A stretch of 57,006 nucleotides of DNA from a virus: IMG/VR virus record IMGVR_UViG_3300045988_118427; one strand, written 5' to 3'. The notes under the pieces are model-generated. The model had not been told where the DNA came from and made no database searches. It worked only from the letters and a program-made list of their open reading frames with translations. Position numbers and translations under genes: made by a program. Below, one piece after another: positions 24,377 to 33,969 of the stretch. Position 1 is the first letter of the stretch. Every line of letters begins with the position of its first letter.

Positions 24377-25339
24377 ATGCCTGTACAGAGCAAACCTTTG
24401 CTGGCAGCGGCGAGTGGCTACCCACAGTTGGTGTCTGCGCTGACTAAACCAGTATATGCGGCTGGATTCTTGAAACGCTTTAACCTGATGACGGTTAGCG
24501 GTATGATTACCAGCCAAGACATTGTGCCAAAAGAAATCCGCAACAAGGGCGACGAGGTTATCTTCCGCCGCGCTCCTGAAGCTGAAGTCTTTGAGTACAT
24601 TAAAAACACCGAGTTGGAAGTTTCTACTTTCGACACCAGCATCATCACGATGAACGTGAACCGCGCGTTGTACACCAACATCAAGTTGGACAAGATGGAT
24701 TCACGCACTATCGACGAGTTGCCTGCGTTGCTGAAAGAGTACCAATCTGACGTTACTCAAAAACTGGCTGAACGCATTGACACTGAAGTTTTGACCGAAG
24801 TGCCTTTGGCTGCCGCAGCCTGCAACCGTGGTCGCAAAGCCGGTCGTCGCTCCCATGCGTTTGACTTTGGTGCGGCTGGTGCGCCTGTTGTCCTGACTAA
24901 AGACAACATCGTTCGCTACCTGTCACAAATGCGTACCGTGCTGTCCGAACAAAACGTGGACACCAATGGTCTGTATGTTGTGCTGCCGGTTGAAGCGATG
25001 GACTTGTTCTTCGCCAACCCAATCCTGTCTAACGCCTGCGCTGCCGGTACATCTCAATCCATCATCTTGGGTACTAAAATCCCCAACGTGTTGGGCTTCG
25101 AGATTATCTTCTCGAACAATATGCCGCAACGCAACGAAGGTGGTCGTATCGCCTACACCATCTTCGCCGGTCGTAAAGACGCAACTGGTTTCGTAATGCA
25201 AGTTACCGAAAACGAACATATCGAAAAAGTTGCCAACCACTTCGGTCAGTTCTGGCGCACATTGCAGGTTTACGATTTTCGCGTCCTTTATCCGGAAGCG
25301 ATTACTACCCTGTACGCAACTCTTGACTTCGCTGCATAA
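24377..25339 (+). CDS. major capsid protein (putative, HK97-fold size class)
   Basis: 320 aa. GAGG SD. Positioned after the scaffold gene, and the unit is followed by a strong terminator. Confidence 0.6.
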   Translation: MPVQSKPLLAAASGYPQLVSALTKPVYAAGFLKRFNLMTVSGMITSQDIVPKEIRNKGDEVIFRRAPEAEVFEYIKNTELEVSTFDTSIITMNVNRALYTNIKLDKMDSRTIDELPALLKEYQSDVTQKLAERIDTEVLTEVPLAAAACNRGRKAGRRSHAFDFGAAGAPVVLTKDNIVRYLSQMRTVLSEQNVDTNGLYVVLPVEAMDLFFANPILSNACAAGTSQSIILGTKIPNVLGFEIIFSNNMPQRNEGGRIAYTIFAGRKDATGFVMQVTENEHIEKVANHFGQFWRTLQVYDFRVLYPEAITTLYATLDFAA

Positions 25340-25350
25340 GGAGCATTGAC

Positions 25351-26031
25351 ATGGCAGTATTCAAGTTATTCTTGGGCGGCGATGCCCGTCATGTGGGCAA
25401 GCGTCATTCCCGCATTGCCGACAACAGCAATCCGATGGTACGCTATGCCGGTCACTTGCCAAACCGACACTTCGTTGTACCGTTCCATTATGATGGTGCG
25501 TCAGGCGAGTGGACACGCTTCCGCGAAATGGAAGGCTCTTTCGCCACCGGCGACATCGTACACACCCACTTGTTATCTGCTGACAGCCGCGTTGATGCGT
25601 TGGTTGTTCACAACAAAAAACAAGCTGGTGCGCGTGATGAAAAAGGCGCGATTACCACTGCTGGTAAAGTGAAGTTCGGTCTGTACGACGGCGAAACCTT
25701 GGTTGACGAAACCGAAGAAATCGACTTGTCAGTAATCGGTCGCACCGTATTGGAGTTCGGCAAAGCCGTAAATGCCAAAGACAGCACCAAAAAAGATTCT
25801 GATGGCGATGGTAAAGTTACCAAGAAAGACAGCGCGCCTACGGCTATTACCAGCTTGGGTGCATACTTGGGCGACAACGGTACTATCCGCATGACCGTCG
25901 TTGATGGTAGCGGTATCGACAGCGCGTGTATCTCTGCATTTGTCGAAGTAGTTGATTTGCGCGACGTTCGTGGTTGCACCTGCGGCGAGTCTGCTTGCGA
26001 AAGCACCTACCCTGAACCTGAATGTATGTAA
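25351..26031 (+). CDS. capsid-associated/decoration protein (putative) with Cys-rich C-terminus
   Basis: 226 aa. AAGGAG SD. Ends RGCTCGESACESTYPEPECM. The terminator follows directly. Confidence 0.45.
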   Translation: MAVFKLFLGGDARHVGKRHSRIADNSNPMVRYAGHLPNRHFVVPFHYDGASGEWTRFREMEGSFATGDIVHTHLLSADSRVDALVVHNKKQAGARDEKGAITTAGKVKFGLYDGETLVDETEEIDLSVIGRTVLEFGKAVNAKDSTKKDSDGDGKVTKKDSAPTAITSLGAYLGDNGTIRMTVVDGSGIDSACISAFVEVVDLRDVRGCTCGESACESTYPEPECM

Positions 26032-26048
26032 CCTAGACGGTTATAGCC

Positions 26049-26076
26049 AAACCCCACCCTTGCGGTGGGGTTTTTA
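26049..26076 (+). terminator. intrinsic terminator after the capsid/decoration genes
   Basis: AAACCCCACC-CTTGC-GGTGGGGTTT followed by TT. Confidence 0.8.
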
Positions 26077-26121
26077 GTACGTTAAAATCAAGGCGTTTAT
26101 ACCCCAAACAAGGACATAAAA

Positions 26122-26448
26122 ATGCCGAACGCTACACCTATTGCCTACGCCGACGAGACCGGCTATGTATCGTTGCCTGTTGTGAGTGGTCGTTTGTCCG
26201 ACCAAGCGCGTGAGCGATTGACACCGCTGTACACACAGGAAGAAGTGAATGCGTCATGGGCGAAGTTCCATGTCGCGCAAGGTCTGAACCCTGATGGTTC
26301 AGATAAAGTTGTGGAAACGTTGGAACAGGCAGAAGCCGCAGTTGCCCAGCGTGAAGCTGATGTAGCAGCGCAGAACGCTATGCCTCATGTGCCGATGGCA
26401 CAGGCCGCCGTGAAAGCGGTGTTGCCTAATTCACAGAAAGGTAAGTAA
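26122..26448 (+). CDS. hypothetical virion-module protein
   Basis: 108-aa ORF after the terminator. Confidence 0.45.
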   Translation: MPNATPIAYADETGYVSLPVVSGRLSDQARERLTPLYTQEEVNASWAKFHVAQGLNPDGSDKVVETLEQAEAAVAQREADVAAQNAMPHVPMAQAAVKAVLPNSQKGK

Positions 26449-27149
26449 TGATTTCTCCCCGCGCACTGGTCGAGGAAGTAAGCAATTACTTGGTGGACCA
26501 AGACCCTGATTTCCCGTTCGAGCATTGGACGGAAGATGACTTACTGCACTACTTCCGGTTGGCGGTGGAGATTGTTGCAAATGCACAGCGAGAGAAGTTC
26601 ATCAAGCGCACGTCCATGCCGTTGGTAGCAGGCAGTCTGCAAACCGTACCTGAAGCGTGTCATGATGTGTCGTCCGTGCTGGGCCAAGCAGATAGCAAAG
26701 GGCGTGTGCGTAGTTTCCCACGCCAAACCAGTAAGAACGCCTTGCACCTTGTTGGTAAGATAGGGTGCAAAGATTGCCAAGCGCAAGCCATGTCTGCCGA
26801 GTACAAGATGGACAGTTGGAGCTACGACCCGAATGACAATAACATTCTGTATGTTGACCCGCCTGTACCGGACGGCGCGACCGGCACGTTGGAACTGATG
26901 TGCTTCAGCCCACCCAAGGTTGACAGCTTGGACAGCGACGTGGACTTAGGTTCGCAGTTGCGCCCAGTGATTTTCGAGCTTATGTTGTATTATGCTTGGG
27001 GTGTTGACACCGAGAGCGTACCGTCCCGCGACCGCAGTGCCGTTCACTGGAACAATGCGTTTACGCTGTTGGGTATGGATGCAAAACAGGCGAGCAACCG
27101 TTACGCCGTTACCCGTGTTCCTGAATTGAGGCTTGGAGCTAAGAAATGA
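26448..27149 (+). CDS. head-tail adaptor/connector (putative)
   Basis: 233 aa. Called from position and general pattern only. Confidence 0.35.
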   Translation: MISPRALVEEVSNYLVDQDPDFPFEHWTEDDLLHYFRLAVEIVANAQREKFIKRTSMPLVAGSLQTVPEACHDVSSVLGQADSKGRVRSFPRQTSKNALHLVGKIGCKDCQAQAMSAEYKMDSWSYDPNDNNILYVDPPVPDGATGTLELMCFSPPKVDSLDSDVDLGSQLRPVIFELMLYYAWGVDTESVPSRDRSAVHWNNAFTLLGMDAKQASNRYAVTRVPELRLGAKK

Positions 27150-27781
27150 ATTGGTTTGAATGGCTTAAAAATCAAGCACTCGTTACGTTCCCCAATATGC
27201 CCAGCAGCTTTATTGAGAACGCAATTCTCAACGCCGTCTCGCGGTTCTTCCGTGAGACACACTTGTTGAAAGACGAAGCGTATATTGATGCCGAGTGTGG
27301 TACGAATGAATATGTGATAGACCTACCAGATGGTCGCACCATAGTTCAAGTAAAGTCGGTACATTCTACCAATTCCCCAGACCGTCACCCATTGCTCAAC
27401 CGCAACTGGAATACTATCCCTCCAGCCGAAGAACGTTTCGGTAGCGGATACTGGGTAGAGCTTCAGTTCGAGCAGCCGGTAATCGCGTTCGAGGGCTGCG
27501 GCAGGCTACGCAATGGTAAGTATTGCATTGTTTACTCGTGGACACCGACAGGTCAGGATTGCGACATTCCGCACCACTTCTTCGGTAAGTACCGCAACGA
27601 TATTTTGAACGGCGTGTTGGCTGCACTGTATCTGATTCCTATGGAGAACGACAGTCAGTCTGCGGCATACGCGCAGTATTACAACAAAGAGTTCCAACGT
27701 GGTATAAATATTGCCCACGCGGAGGAGTTCCAAAACCATACCGACCGACCCATGTTTATGCACGGCGGTTGTTTCCTGTGA
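27146..27781 (+). CDS. head-tail connector (putative)
   Basis: 211 aa. Called from position only. Confidence 0.35.
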   Translation: MNWFEWLKNQALVTFPNMPSSFIENAILNAVSRFFRETHLLKDEAYIDAECGTNEYVIDLPDGRTIVQVKSVHSTNSPDRHPLLNRNWNTIPPAEERFGSGYWVELQFEQPVIAFEGCGRLRNGKYCIVYSWTPTGQDCDIPHHFFGKYRNDILNGVLAALYLIPMENDSQSAAYAQYYNKEFQRGINIAHAEEFQNHTDRPMFMHGGCFL

Positions 27782-27788
27782 GGTAAGT

Positions 27789-28379
27789 ATGGCGACCCTA
27801 TACAACTTCAAACCGACCTGTCATGACGATGACGGGTGTTTTGCCCCGAAGCCAGACTTCGATTGCGTCGATACCTGCCAGCCGTGTAACAACCCATGCG
27901 AGCCTAAGTGTCCACCGAAAGTGCGGGCGAAAGACGCAGTATGCTTGAGCGACGACGAGTGCGAACGTTGTTTCTCCCTGTTCCAATATGTAGGCTGCGA
28001 CGTTACAAAAGTGCCGGCGCATATTTACGCCATCGTGCTGAAAGTCCGCAGGCAGGGCAACTGTCGTGTTTTGGTAGAAGAATGTCCGACACGCGCGGAC
28101 AACACCGGCAACGTATGTTTCGTTTGGTCGGAAGAGTTTAGGCAACTGCCAGCCGGTTATTACGAGGCGGATGTGGTTGTGAATGACCGTGAGTGTTTTA
28201 CCCTTTTATTCCGTAAACGCGGCTGTTGGACACGCATGGTAACAGAAGAAGTTAAGCTGGCGCAGTTGCCGTGTGAAGCACCTCCGCATTGTGCGGGTTG
28301 TGTTGCTACGCCTGATTTTGAACAGACTGCTCCCGAAGCGGAGTGCGGAGGTTGTGATAATGGCTCTGAATGTAAGTAA
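27789..28379 (+). CDS. extremely Cys-rich virion-module protein
   Basis: Start at ATG 27789 (MATLYNFKPTCHDDDGC...). About 22 Cys in 196 aa. Contains LPAGYYEADV. Ends ECGGCDNGSECK. Confidence 0.55.
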   Translation: MATLYNFKPTCHDDDGCFAPKPDFDCVDTCQPCNNPCEPKCPPKVRAKDAVCLSDDECERCFSLFQYVGCDVTKVPAHIYAIVLKVRRQGNCRVLVEECPTRADNTGNVCFVWSEEFRQLPAGYYEADVVVNDRECFTLLFRKRGCWTRMVTEEVKLAQLPCEAPPHCAGCVATPDFEQTAPEAECGGCDNGSECK

Positions 28380-28788
28380 GTGGTCTAGTCACGGTAAGCT
28401 GGCACAGAGCCTGACTACCGAGGCGACCGAGATTCCTTTGGGTTTTGGCGAGGGCCTGCGCTTCCGTCTCCCCGACACCGACTACTGTTACGCTACTATC
28501 CGTAGTAATGGTAAGTACGAACACGTCAAACTTATGGCGGTTAAAGGCGACACCCTGCACGTTGTTCGCGGACAGGACAACACCGTAGCGCAGACATGGA
28601 GTCCAAACAGTTGCATTGAGATTGAATGGAATCCTGCACAGATTTGCGAGTACACGAAACAGTGCGCGTTGGGCCAAACCCCGACAACCGTAGCCGCCGG
28701 TACATATTGCTTGTCATGCAGCACCTGCATCACAATCGGAGAAGATGGTCGAATTACCGCCGTAGATGGAGAGAAGAAATGCAAGTAA
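28360..28788 (+). CDS. fibre/tail accessory protein, paralogous domain 1
   Basis: Start at ATG 28360 (MALNVSKW) with a GGAGG SD. Domain ..YCYATIRSNGKYEHVKLMAVKGDTLHVVRGQDNTVAQTWSPNSC. Cys-rich tail. Confidence 0.5.
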   Translation: MALNVSKWSSHGKLAQSLTTEATEIPLGFGEGLRFRLPDTDYCYATIRSNGKYEHVKLMAVKGDTLHVVRGQDNTVAQTWSPNSCIEIEWNPAQICEYTKQCALGQTPTTVAAGTYCLSCSTCITIGEDGRITAVDGEKKCK

Positions 28789-29135
28789 CCCATATTGATT
28801 TTGTTGACAGCAGACTGTCTGCCGCATTTGCCTCGACCTCCAACTCACTGGTCGTATCCAACACGAACGGCTTATCCGATAGGCTGAATAAGATGCGTGA
28901 GGGCGATTATGCGTACCTCATTATCTCCGCCTGCCACATGACCGAAGTAGTTAAGTACACGCACACTGAAAAACTGCAACGTACAGGAACATTGACTCTG
29001 CACGTCGAGCGCGGTCAACATGGTACAACCGCAACGTCGTTCCCAACAGGTAGTTGTGTACGCACGGAAGTTACCGTAAGTATCCTGCGCGAACTCGTCA
29101 AACAGATGATTAAGGAAGAACATGAACGCCTGTAA
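28779..29135 (+). CDS. fibre/tail accessory protein, paralogous domain 2
   Basis: Start at ATG 28779 (MQVTHIDF). Domain ..YAYLIISACHMTEVVKYTH...TLTLHVERGQHGTTATSFPTGSC. Confidence 0.5.
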   Translation: MQVTHIDFVDSRLSAAFASTSNSLVVSNTNGLSDRLNKMREGDYAYLIISACHMTEVVKYTHTEKLQRTGTLTLHVERGQHGTTATSFPTGSCVRTEVTVSILRELVKQMIKEEHERL

Positions 29136-30231
29136 GCAACGATTGCAGACCCTGCCCTGCGATAAGCAGGGTTACGGGTACACGTCGCACCCTATTGGTG
29201 CTTCCGACACGAAGTTGCATTTGATGCGTAATCAGGGCAACTCGTTCCCACCACTGGTAGAGGGGCAATACTTTTTCATCAGTGTGAAGATGTGCGACAG
29301 TGAGTGTTGTGAGACTATGCGTGTTATCGCTCGTGACGGCGATGACCTGACGGTCGAACGCACCAACCCATGCAGTTGTATTTCTAGTAACGCCCGCGTG
29401 ACTTATCTCGATTCCGGTCGGGAGTATGTGCAGGCACTGGCGCGTGAGATTGGTCTGAACGTCGAAGACCCGTTGGTCTATAACTGCGAAACCAATACCC
29501 TTAGTTTGGATTGCACCAAACTGAATATGGGCGGCGACTGCGGTTGTGGTTCAGGTAAAGATGAAGCTGGTGTTGGCAAACGTGGTCCGCAAGGCGAACG
29601 CGGTGCTGATGGTAAAGACGGTGTGAGTGTGACCGGTATTACTATCGACGATACCAACACACTGAAGTGGACTGACAACAAAGGCAAGACACACACCATT
29701 GGTACGATTATTCCGCCACAAGGTCAGAAAGGCGAGAAAGGCGATGCAGGCCCTCAAGGGCCGCAAGGCCCTGCCGGTCCGCAAGGCGAGGACGCGGGTG
29801 CGATTAGCATGGAGCGCGACGAAGCCACAGGTACGTTCACTCTGTACATCACAAACGGCGAGGGTGTGAAGCGCAGTATCGGCTCATGGAAACCCGTAGC
29901 CGGTGTCGGTATTGCCGACATGAGTGTGATTGATGGGAACTTGGAAATCACGCTGACCGATGGTAAAAAGTTGAACGCCGGCAGCACAGTAGGCCCTCGC
30001 GGTCCGCAAGGTCAGACGGCCTCGTTCTCCATGCTGTACTCTAACGGTAAAGTGTATATTGGCGGACCGGCAAAAGCGGAAGTGTACCTCCGCAAGAACG
30101 GCGCGATGTTGGGCGGACGACAGCAGATTCCTGATAATGGTCTGTTGGTAATGAATAACCCGAACTCTTCCACCGAGGCTGTAATTGAGCTTGTGCATAA
30201 TGGCGGGGTCGTAGCACTAGGATATTTCTAA
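29122..30231 (+). CDS. collagen-like tail fibre protein (paralogous domain 3 at N-terminus)
   Basis: 369 aa. G-X-Y tracts GKRGPQGERGADGKDG, GQKGEKGDAGPQGPQGPAGPQGE and GPRGPQGQ. N-terminal domain ..YFFISVKMCDSECCETMRVIARDGDDLTVERTNPCSC. Confidence 0.7.
   Translation: MNACKQRLQTLPCDKQGYGYTSHPIGASDTKLHLMRNQGNSFPPLVEGQYFFISVKMCDSECCETMRVIARDGDDLTVERTNPCSCISSNARVTYLDSGREYVQALAREIGLNVEDPLVYNCETNTLSLDCTKLNMGGDCGCGSGKDEAGVGKRGPQGERGADGKDGVSVTGITIDDTNTLKWTDNKGKTHTIGTIIPPQGQKGEKGDAGPQGPQGPAGPQGEDAGAISMERDEATGTFTLYITNGEGVKRSIGSWKPVAGVGIADMSVIDGNLEITLTDGKKLNAGSTVGPRGPQGQTASFSMLYSNGKVYIGGPAKAEVYLRKNGAMLGGRQQIPDNGLLVMNNPNSSTEAVIELVHNGGVVALGYF
29575..29799 (+). repeat. collagen-like G-X-Y triplet tracts (29575..29622 and 29722..29799; a third at about 29990..30013)
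   Basis: Read directly from the codons. Confidence 0.8.
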
Positions 30232-32069
30232 TGAGATTCTTGGATTTCGGCGGCGAGCTGCCAAAAGTAAAACCGCAGGCGTTAGGCCCGCGGAACGCGC
30301 AGCTCGCCGAGAACGTCGATTTGTATGGCGGTATGCTCCGCCCGCACCGAAGCCCTGCCCTGTTCGCCCATGCGGTTGACGAGCGGGGTTCTCCTGTTTC
30401 TGCGAAGATGGTAATCCCTGTCGGCGACTACATGGTTGGCTTCCCCGAAGATGTGCATTGGGTGCGCGACCCGCGCGAGAGCGCAGGGGCAGACACGGTG
30501 CTTTTCGTCCGTGATGGGCAGTTACACCGCTTGTCCTCACGCATGGTACGCGCCGGTACAGGCCCAACATTGGTTGGTATCGACCCGCCTGCCGAAGCAC
30601 CTACTGTCGCCGTTGCCCCTAACAGGGGATGTGTGTCCGAGTGGGCTGACCGCTGCGCGGCTATGGAACAGTCGTCTGACTGCTCCGACTGGGGCGACAC
30701 GCCCGAAGTGCGTGGCTATCGCATGACGTATGTGAACGAGTGCGGCGAAGAGAGCGCACCAAGCCCTGTATCGAACTTGGTTGACATCAAGAACGGCGAC
30801 GGGGCAATCGTGGTCGATACGAACACGCCGCCAAAGAACGCCGTGAAGCGCAGATGGTATCGCTCCGCGACAACCAGCGACGGGCAGGCGGTATGGCTTT
30901 ATGTGGACGAAGATGCCATTGCCGACAATACGTTTATCGACGACAAATGCCCGCAGGATTTAGGCGAGGTGCTTTCTACCGAGGACCATCTGCCGCCGAA
31001 CAAATGTTTGGACGGCGTAGCCCTTACACGCAATATGCAGACTATCGTGTGGACAGACAACCAGTTCTGGGTATCAGAACCCAGACTGCCGCACGCCTAC
31101 CGTCCTGCTACGCGGGTAACGCTTCCATCCAAGATTCAATTCATCGCCTCGCACACGACGCGGGTAGAGAGCGAGACGCACTTCGACAACGTGGTCGGTA
31201 CAGTAGGCTATCCTTACGCCATTAATGTGCGAGATGACGCGCAGACGACAGTCAAAGAGCTTGAGTATTGGTATCCTGCATTGTCTCCGTTCGGTTGGTG
31301 TACGCTCGCCGGCGGGGTGTATTACACTGCCGAGAACGGCTTGGTTGGTATCACAGGTACGTCAGTGAATATGATGACCGAGGATTACATGACCGAGCGC
31401 GAGTGGCAACGCTACCACCCTTACACTATGCGGCTTACTGGTTACGACCAACGGGTGTTTATGTGGTACGATTCCGCAGCGGTGCGTCAAGGCTTGTTGT
31501 TGGTATTACCCACTACTGATAAGCGTCGCAACCCAAGCCTTAGCCGTCTGACCCTGCGCGTGAAGATGGCCTACGCACACCCTGAACAGGGGATGCTTAT
31601 GTTGATTGACACCGGCGTGTACAAGTGGGGTGCAGGGGACAAGCCTATGCGCTACCGCTGGAAGTCGGGTATCGAGGTCAACAGTGCCTATTGGTTTCCA
31701 ACAGTGTTCAAGGTTGTCAGTGATGACCTGCCGCGCCAGTACCGCCAGCTTGAGCAGTTACGCACTAAGTTCGCCGTGTGGAAGCGTACCCACTGTGGGC
31801 TTGACCCTGTGCAGTTCTTCGATACCCACCCAGAAGCCCGCGAGCATATGGCTGACCTGATGGAGTTGTCCCCCCGCGTGGTGTTGCGTCTGTACGCGGA
31901 CGGAGAGGAAATCTATACCCGACCTATCCGCAACCTTGCTCCGGTAATGCTGAAGAAACGCCGACGGGCAATCGAGTGGGCATTCATGGTCGAGGGCGAT
32001 ATTGAAATACGGGAACTGCATTTGCAGAAGTCCCATAACGATTTACAGAATGACGGCGGTCACGCATAG
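30231..32069 (+). CDS. large tail structural protein (nozzle/tubular-type, putative)
   Basis: 612 aa. Called from position between the fibre and internal-protein genes. No motif recognised. Confidence 0.35.
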   Translation: MRFLDFGGELPKVKPQALGPRNAQLAENVDLYGGMLRPHRSPALFAHAVDERGSPVSAKMVIPVGDYMVGFPEDVHWVRDPRESAGADTVLFVRDGQLHRLSSRMVRAGTGPTLVGIDPPAEAPTVAVAPNRGCVSEWADRCAAMEQSSDCSDWGDTPEVRGYRMTYVNECGEESAPSPVSNLVDIKNGDGAIVVDTNTPPKNAVKRRWYRSATTSDGQAVWLYVDEDAIADNTFIDDKCPQDLGEVLSTEDHLPPNKCLDGVALTRNMQTIVWTDNQFWVSEPRLPHAYRPATRVTLPSKIQFIASHTTRVESETHFDNVVGTVGYPYAINVRDDAQTTVKELEYWYPALSPFGWCTLAGGVYYTAENGLVGITGTSVNMMTEDYMTEREWQRYHPYTMRLTGYDQRVFMWYDSAAVRQGLLLVLPTTDKRRNPSLSRLTLRVKMAYAHPEQGMLMLIDTGVYKWGAGDKPMRYRWKSGIEVNSAYWFPTVFKVVSDDLPRQYRQLEQLRTKFAVWKRTHCGLDPVQFFDTHPEAREHMADLMELSPRVVLRLYADGEEIYTRPIRNLAPVMLKKRRRAIEWAFMVEGDIEIRELHLQKSHNDLQNDGGHA

Positions 32070-32077
32070 GAGATGGT

Positions 32078-33142
32078 ATGACTATTATCGACAAGAACAG
32101 CGGCGGTAAAAGCGGTGGCGGCTCTAGTAAGAGCGAAGATACCCCAATCTACAACAAGGTAGAGATTAAGGAGAACGCCCCGTCGGGTACTAACTCCGTC
32201 GCCGTAACCGCGCCGCATATCGTCCAGTACCCACGTCCGCCGAAACGTGATGATGGTCGATGGCTCGCGCTGTCGTCCGTCATTGGCAATATCATCGGTA
32301 AGCTGTCTAGTCAGAAAGTCATCAAAGAAGCCAAGAGCGCAGAGAGCAAATGGCGCGACGTGATGGCGAAGATGAAAGAGATGGCCGACACCGAGAACGC
32401 CCGCGTACCTAAACTGCGTGATAAAGCAGACGGGGCGATGGACGACCTTGATAAGCGCAACACGCTAAACTGGCAACGCGGCGATGTTGAGTACGCCTAC
32501 GGCGAGCAGTTGAAGCCTTGTATCAATGATAAGGCCGACGAGATTTGCCAACTCTCCGCCTGCGGCTGGCAGACAGATTACGATGGTATTCTTACGCGCG
32601 TGACGGCGGATGCAGAGGCCGCGGCACATAAAGAGCTGGATAAGATTTGCCGCATGAACAACCGGTACAACACCGGCTGGAACTGCGACGTGCGCGGGCA
32701 GTTGGCTGTCGCCACGCAGAACACCATCATCTCGCAGACGAACAAGCTGCGTGAGGAAGAACGCTTGAAGAAACTTCAATTTGATGCCGACCTCAAGATG
32801 AAGACCTTTGAGCTTATGGAAAAAACAAGGCAGAACCGCGCTACCACGGCTCGCGCCTATGACACAACCGCGATTGATGTGCGCCTTAAGCAGTACACCA
32901 GCTACACAGCAGACGCGCAGACCTCGCTCAAGTTGGGCGCAGACCTGTTGGCATCGCACGGACAGAACGCTGCATGGTTGGCGGACAGCCTGCGTAAGAC
33001 AGCGAAAGAATCTATGGCAGACTGGGGTACACTGGCGACAATGATTACCGGCCTCCTGTTCGCGTGGAACAGCAAACCTGCTGCGGCTCAAGCTAACGAC
33101 TGCGGTGGCGGTGGCGACAGTTCACTTGACGCGTTGTTCTAA
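32078..33142 (+). CDS. internal virion/ejection protein (putative)
   Basis: 354 aa. Gly/Ser-rich N-terminus, helical middle and hydrophobic segment LATMITGLLFAW. Confidence 0.4.
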   Translation: MTIIDKNSGGKSGGGSSKSEDTPIYNKVEIKENAPSGTNSVAVTAPHIVQYPRPPKRDDGRWLALSSVIGNIIGKLSSQKVIKEAKSAESKWRDVMAKMKEMADTENARVPKLRDKADGAMDDLDKRNTLNWQRGDVEYAYGEQLKPCINDKADEICQLSACGWQTDYDGILTRVTADAEAAAHKELDKICRMNNRYNTGWNCDVRGQLAVATQNTIISQTNKLREEERLKKLQFDADLKMKTFELMEKTRQNRATTARAYDTTAIDVRLKQYTSYTADAQTSLKLGADLLASHGQNAAWLADSLRKTAKESMADWGTLATMITGLLFAWNSKPAAAQANDCGGGGDSSLDALF

Positions 33143-33144
33143 TC

Positions 33145-33369
33145 ATGTGGACCAACGACCCGATGGAGGGATTATTCCCTCCTGAAACCGAACAACCCCA
33201 AGCAGAAGAATGGTATGATACTGTTGTGCTTGGGATTGACCCTACGCGCGGGGACTTATACGACGCAGCAACGCACATGGTGCGCGACCTTGTGTCCGAC
33301 CGCGAAGACCCGTACACCTATTATGGGCTACCCGCATTAGCGGTCGCCCCTGACGCTTATGAGGAATGA
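33145..33369 (+). CDS. hypothetical small acidic protein
   Basis: 74-aa ORF. Confidence 0.4.
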   Translation: MWTNDPMEGLFPPETEQPQAEEWYDTVVLGIDPTRGDLYDAATHMVRDLVSDREDPYTYYGLPALAVAPDAYEE

Positions 33370-33372
33370 GTA

Positions 33373-33957
33373 ATGGCAAGCTATTATATCGGCATGAACT
33401 CCCCGTCTATGGGGTTCGGTAGCGGTGGTAACTTCTTCTCACAGTTGGGACAGATTGGCCCTGCGTGGCAGAATACCATGCTGCAAGGTTTGAATACGCA
33501 GAATGCGTTTAATGAATTTCAGAATAAACAAATCGTTGACCCCTACAAGGTCAACGCGATTGCCTCCGCCTACGGCTTGCAGGGTTTGCAAAACCTGTAC
33601 GATTCCCGCGATGCACAGCAGGCGTTGAACGCCCAAGCCGCGCAGATGTTTACAGCGAATATGCAGGACAACCTCCGCAGTTATCAGAACACCGGACAGA
33701 ATGGTAAAGAGTTCGGGGTTGGCGGAGAACAAAATGTATCGGCTCCACAACCTACCTCCTTGACCGCACCACTTAACGCACAGCCTACACTGCCTGCTCT
33801 GTACGGCGGCTATGCGGCGACCGCACCACAAGTCACTGGTACGCAACGGCTGACCCCATCGCAACAGCAACAGTTTGGTCTGACCTCGTACACCACGCCG
33901 CAAGGCTACACGGGTGTGCCGGTAGTGGACAACGGCTATCAATTTACTGGATTTTAA
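33373..33957 (+). CDS. Q/N/G-rich low-complexity internal protein (putative)
   Basis: 194 aa, rich in Q, N, G and Y. Confidence 0.45.
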   Translation: MASYYIGMNSPSMGFGSGGNFFSQLGQIGPAWQNTMLQGLNTQNAFNEFQNKQIVDPYKVNAIASAYGLQGLQNLYDSRDAQQALNAQAAQMFTANMQDNLRSYQNTGQNGKEFGVGGEQNVSAPQPTSLTAPLNAQPTLPALYGGYAATAPQVTGTQRLTPSQQQQFGLTSYTTPQGYTGVPVVDNGYQFTGF

Positions 33958-33969
33958 TAGGGGGCTGAC

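Noticed and set aside
29575-29799. Collagen triplets as eukaryotic contamination
   Set aside because: They are in frame within a phage fibre ORF and flanked by phage-type beta-repeats. Collagen-like tracts are common in phage fibres.
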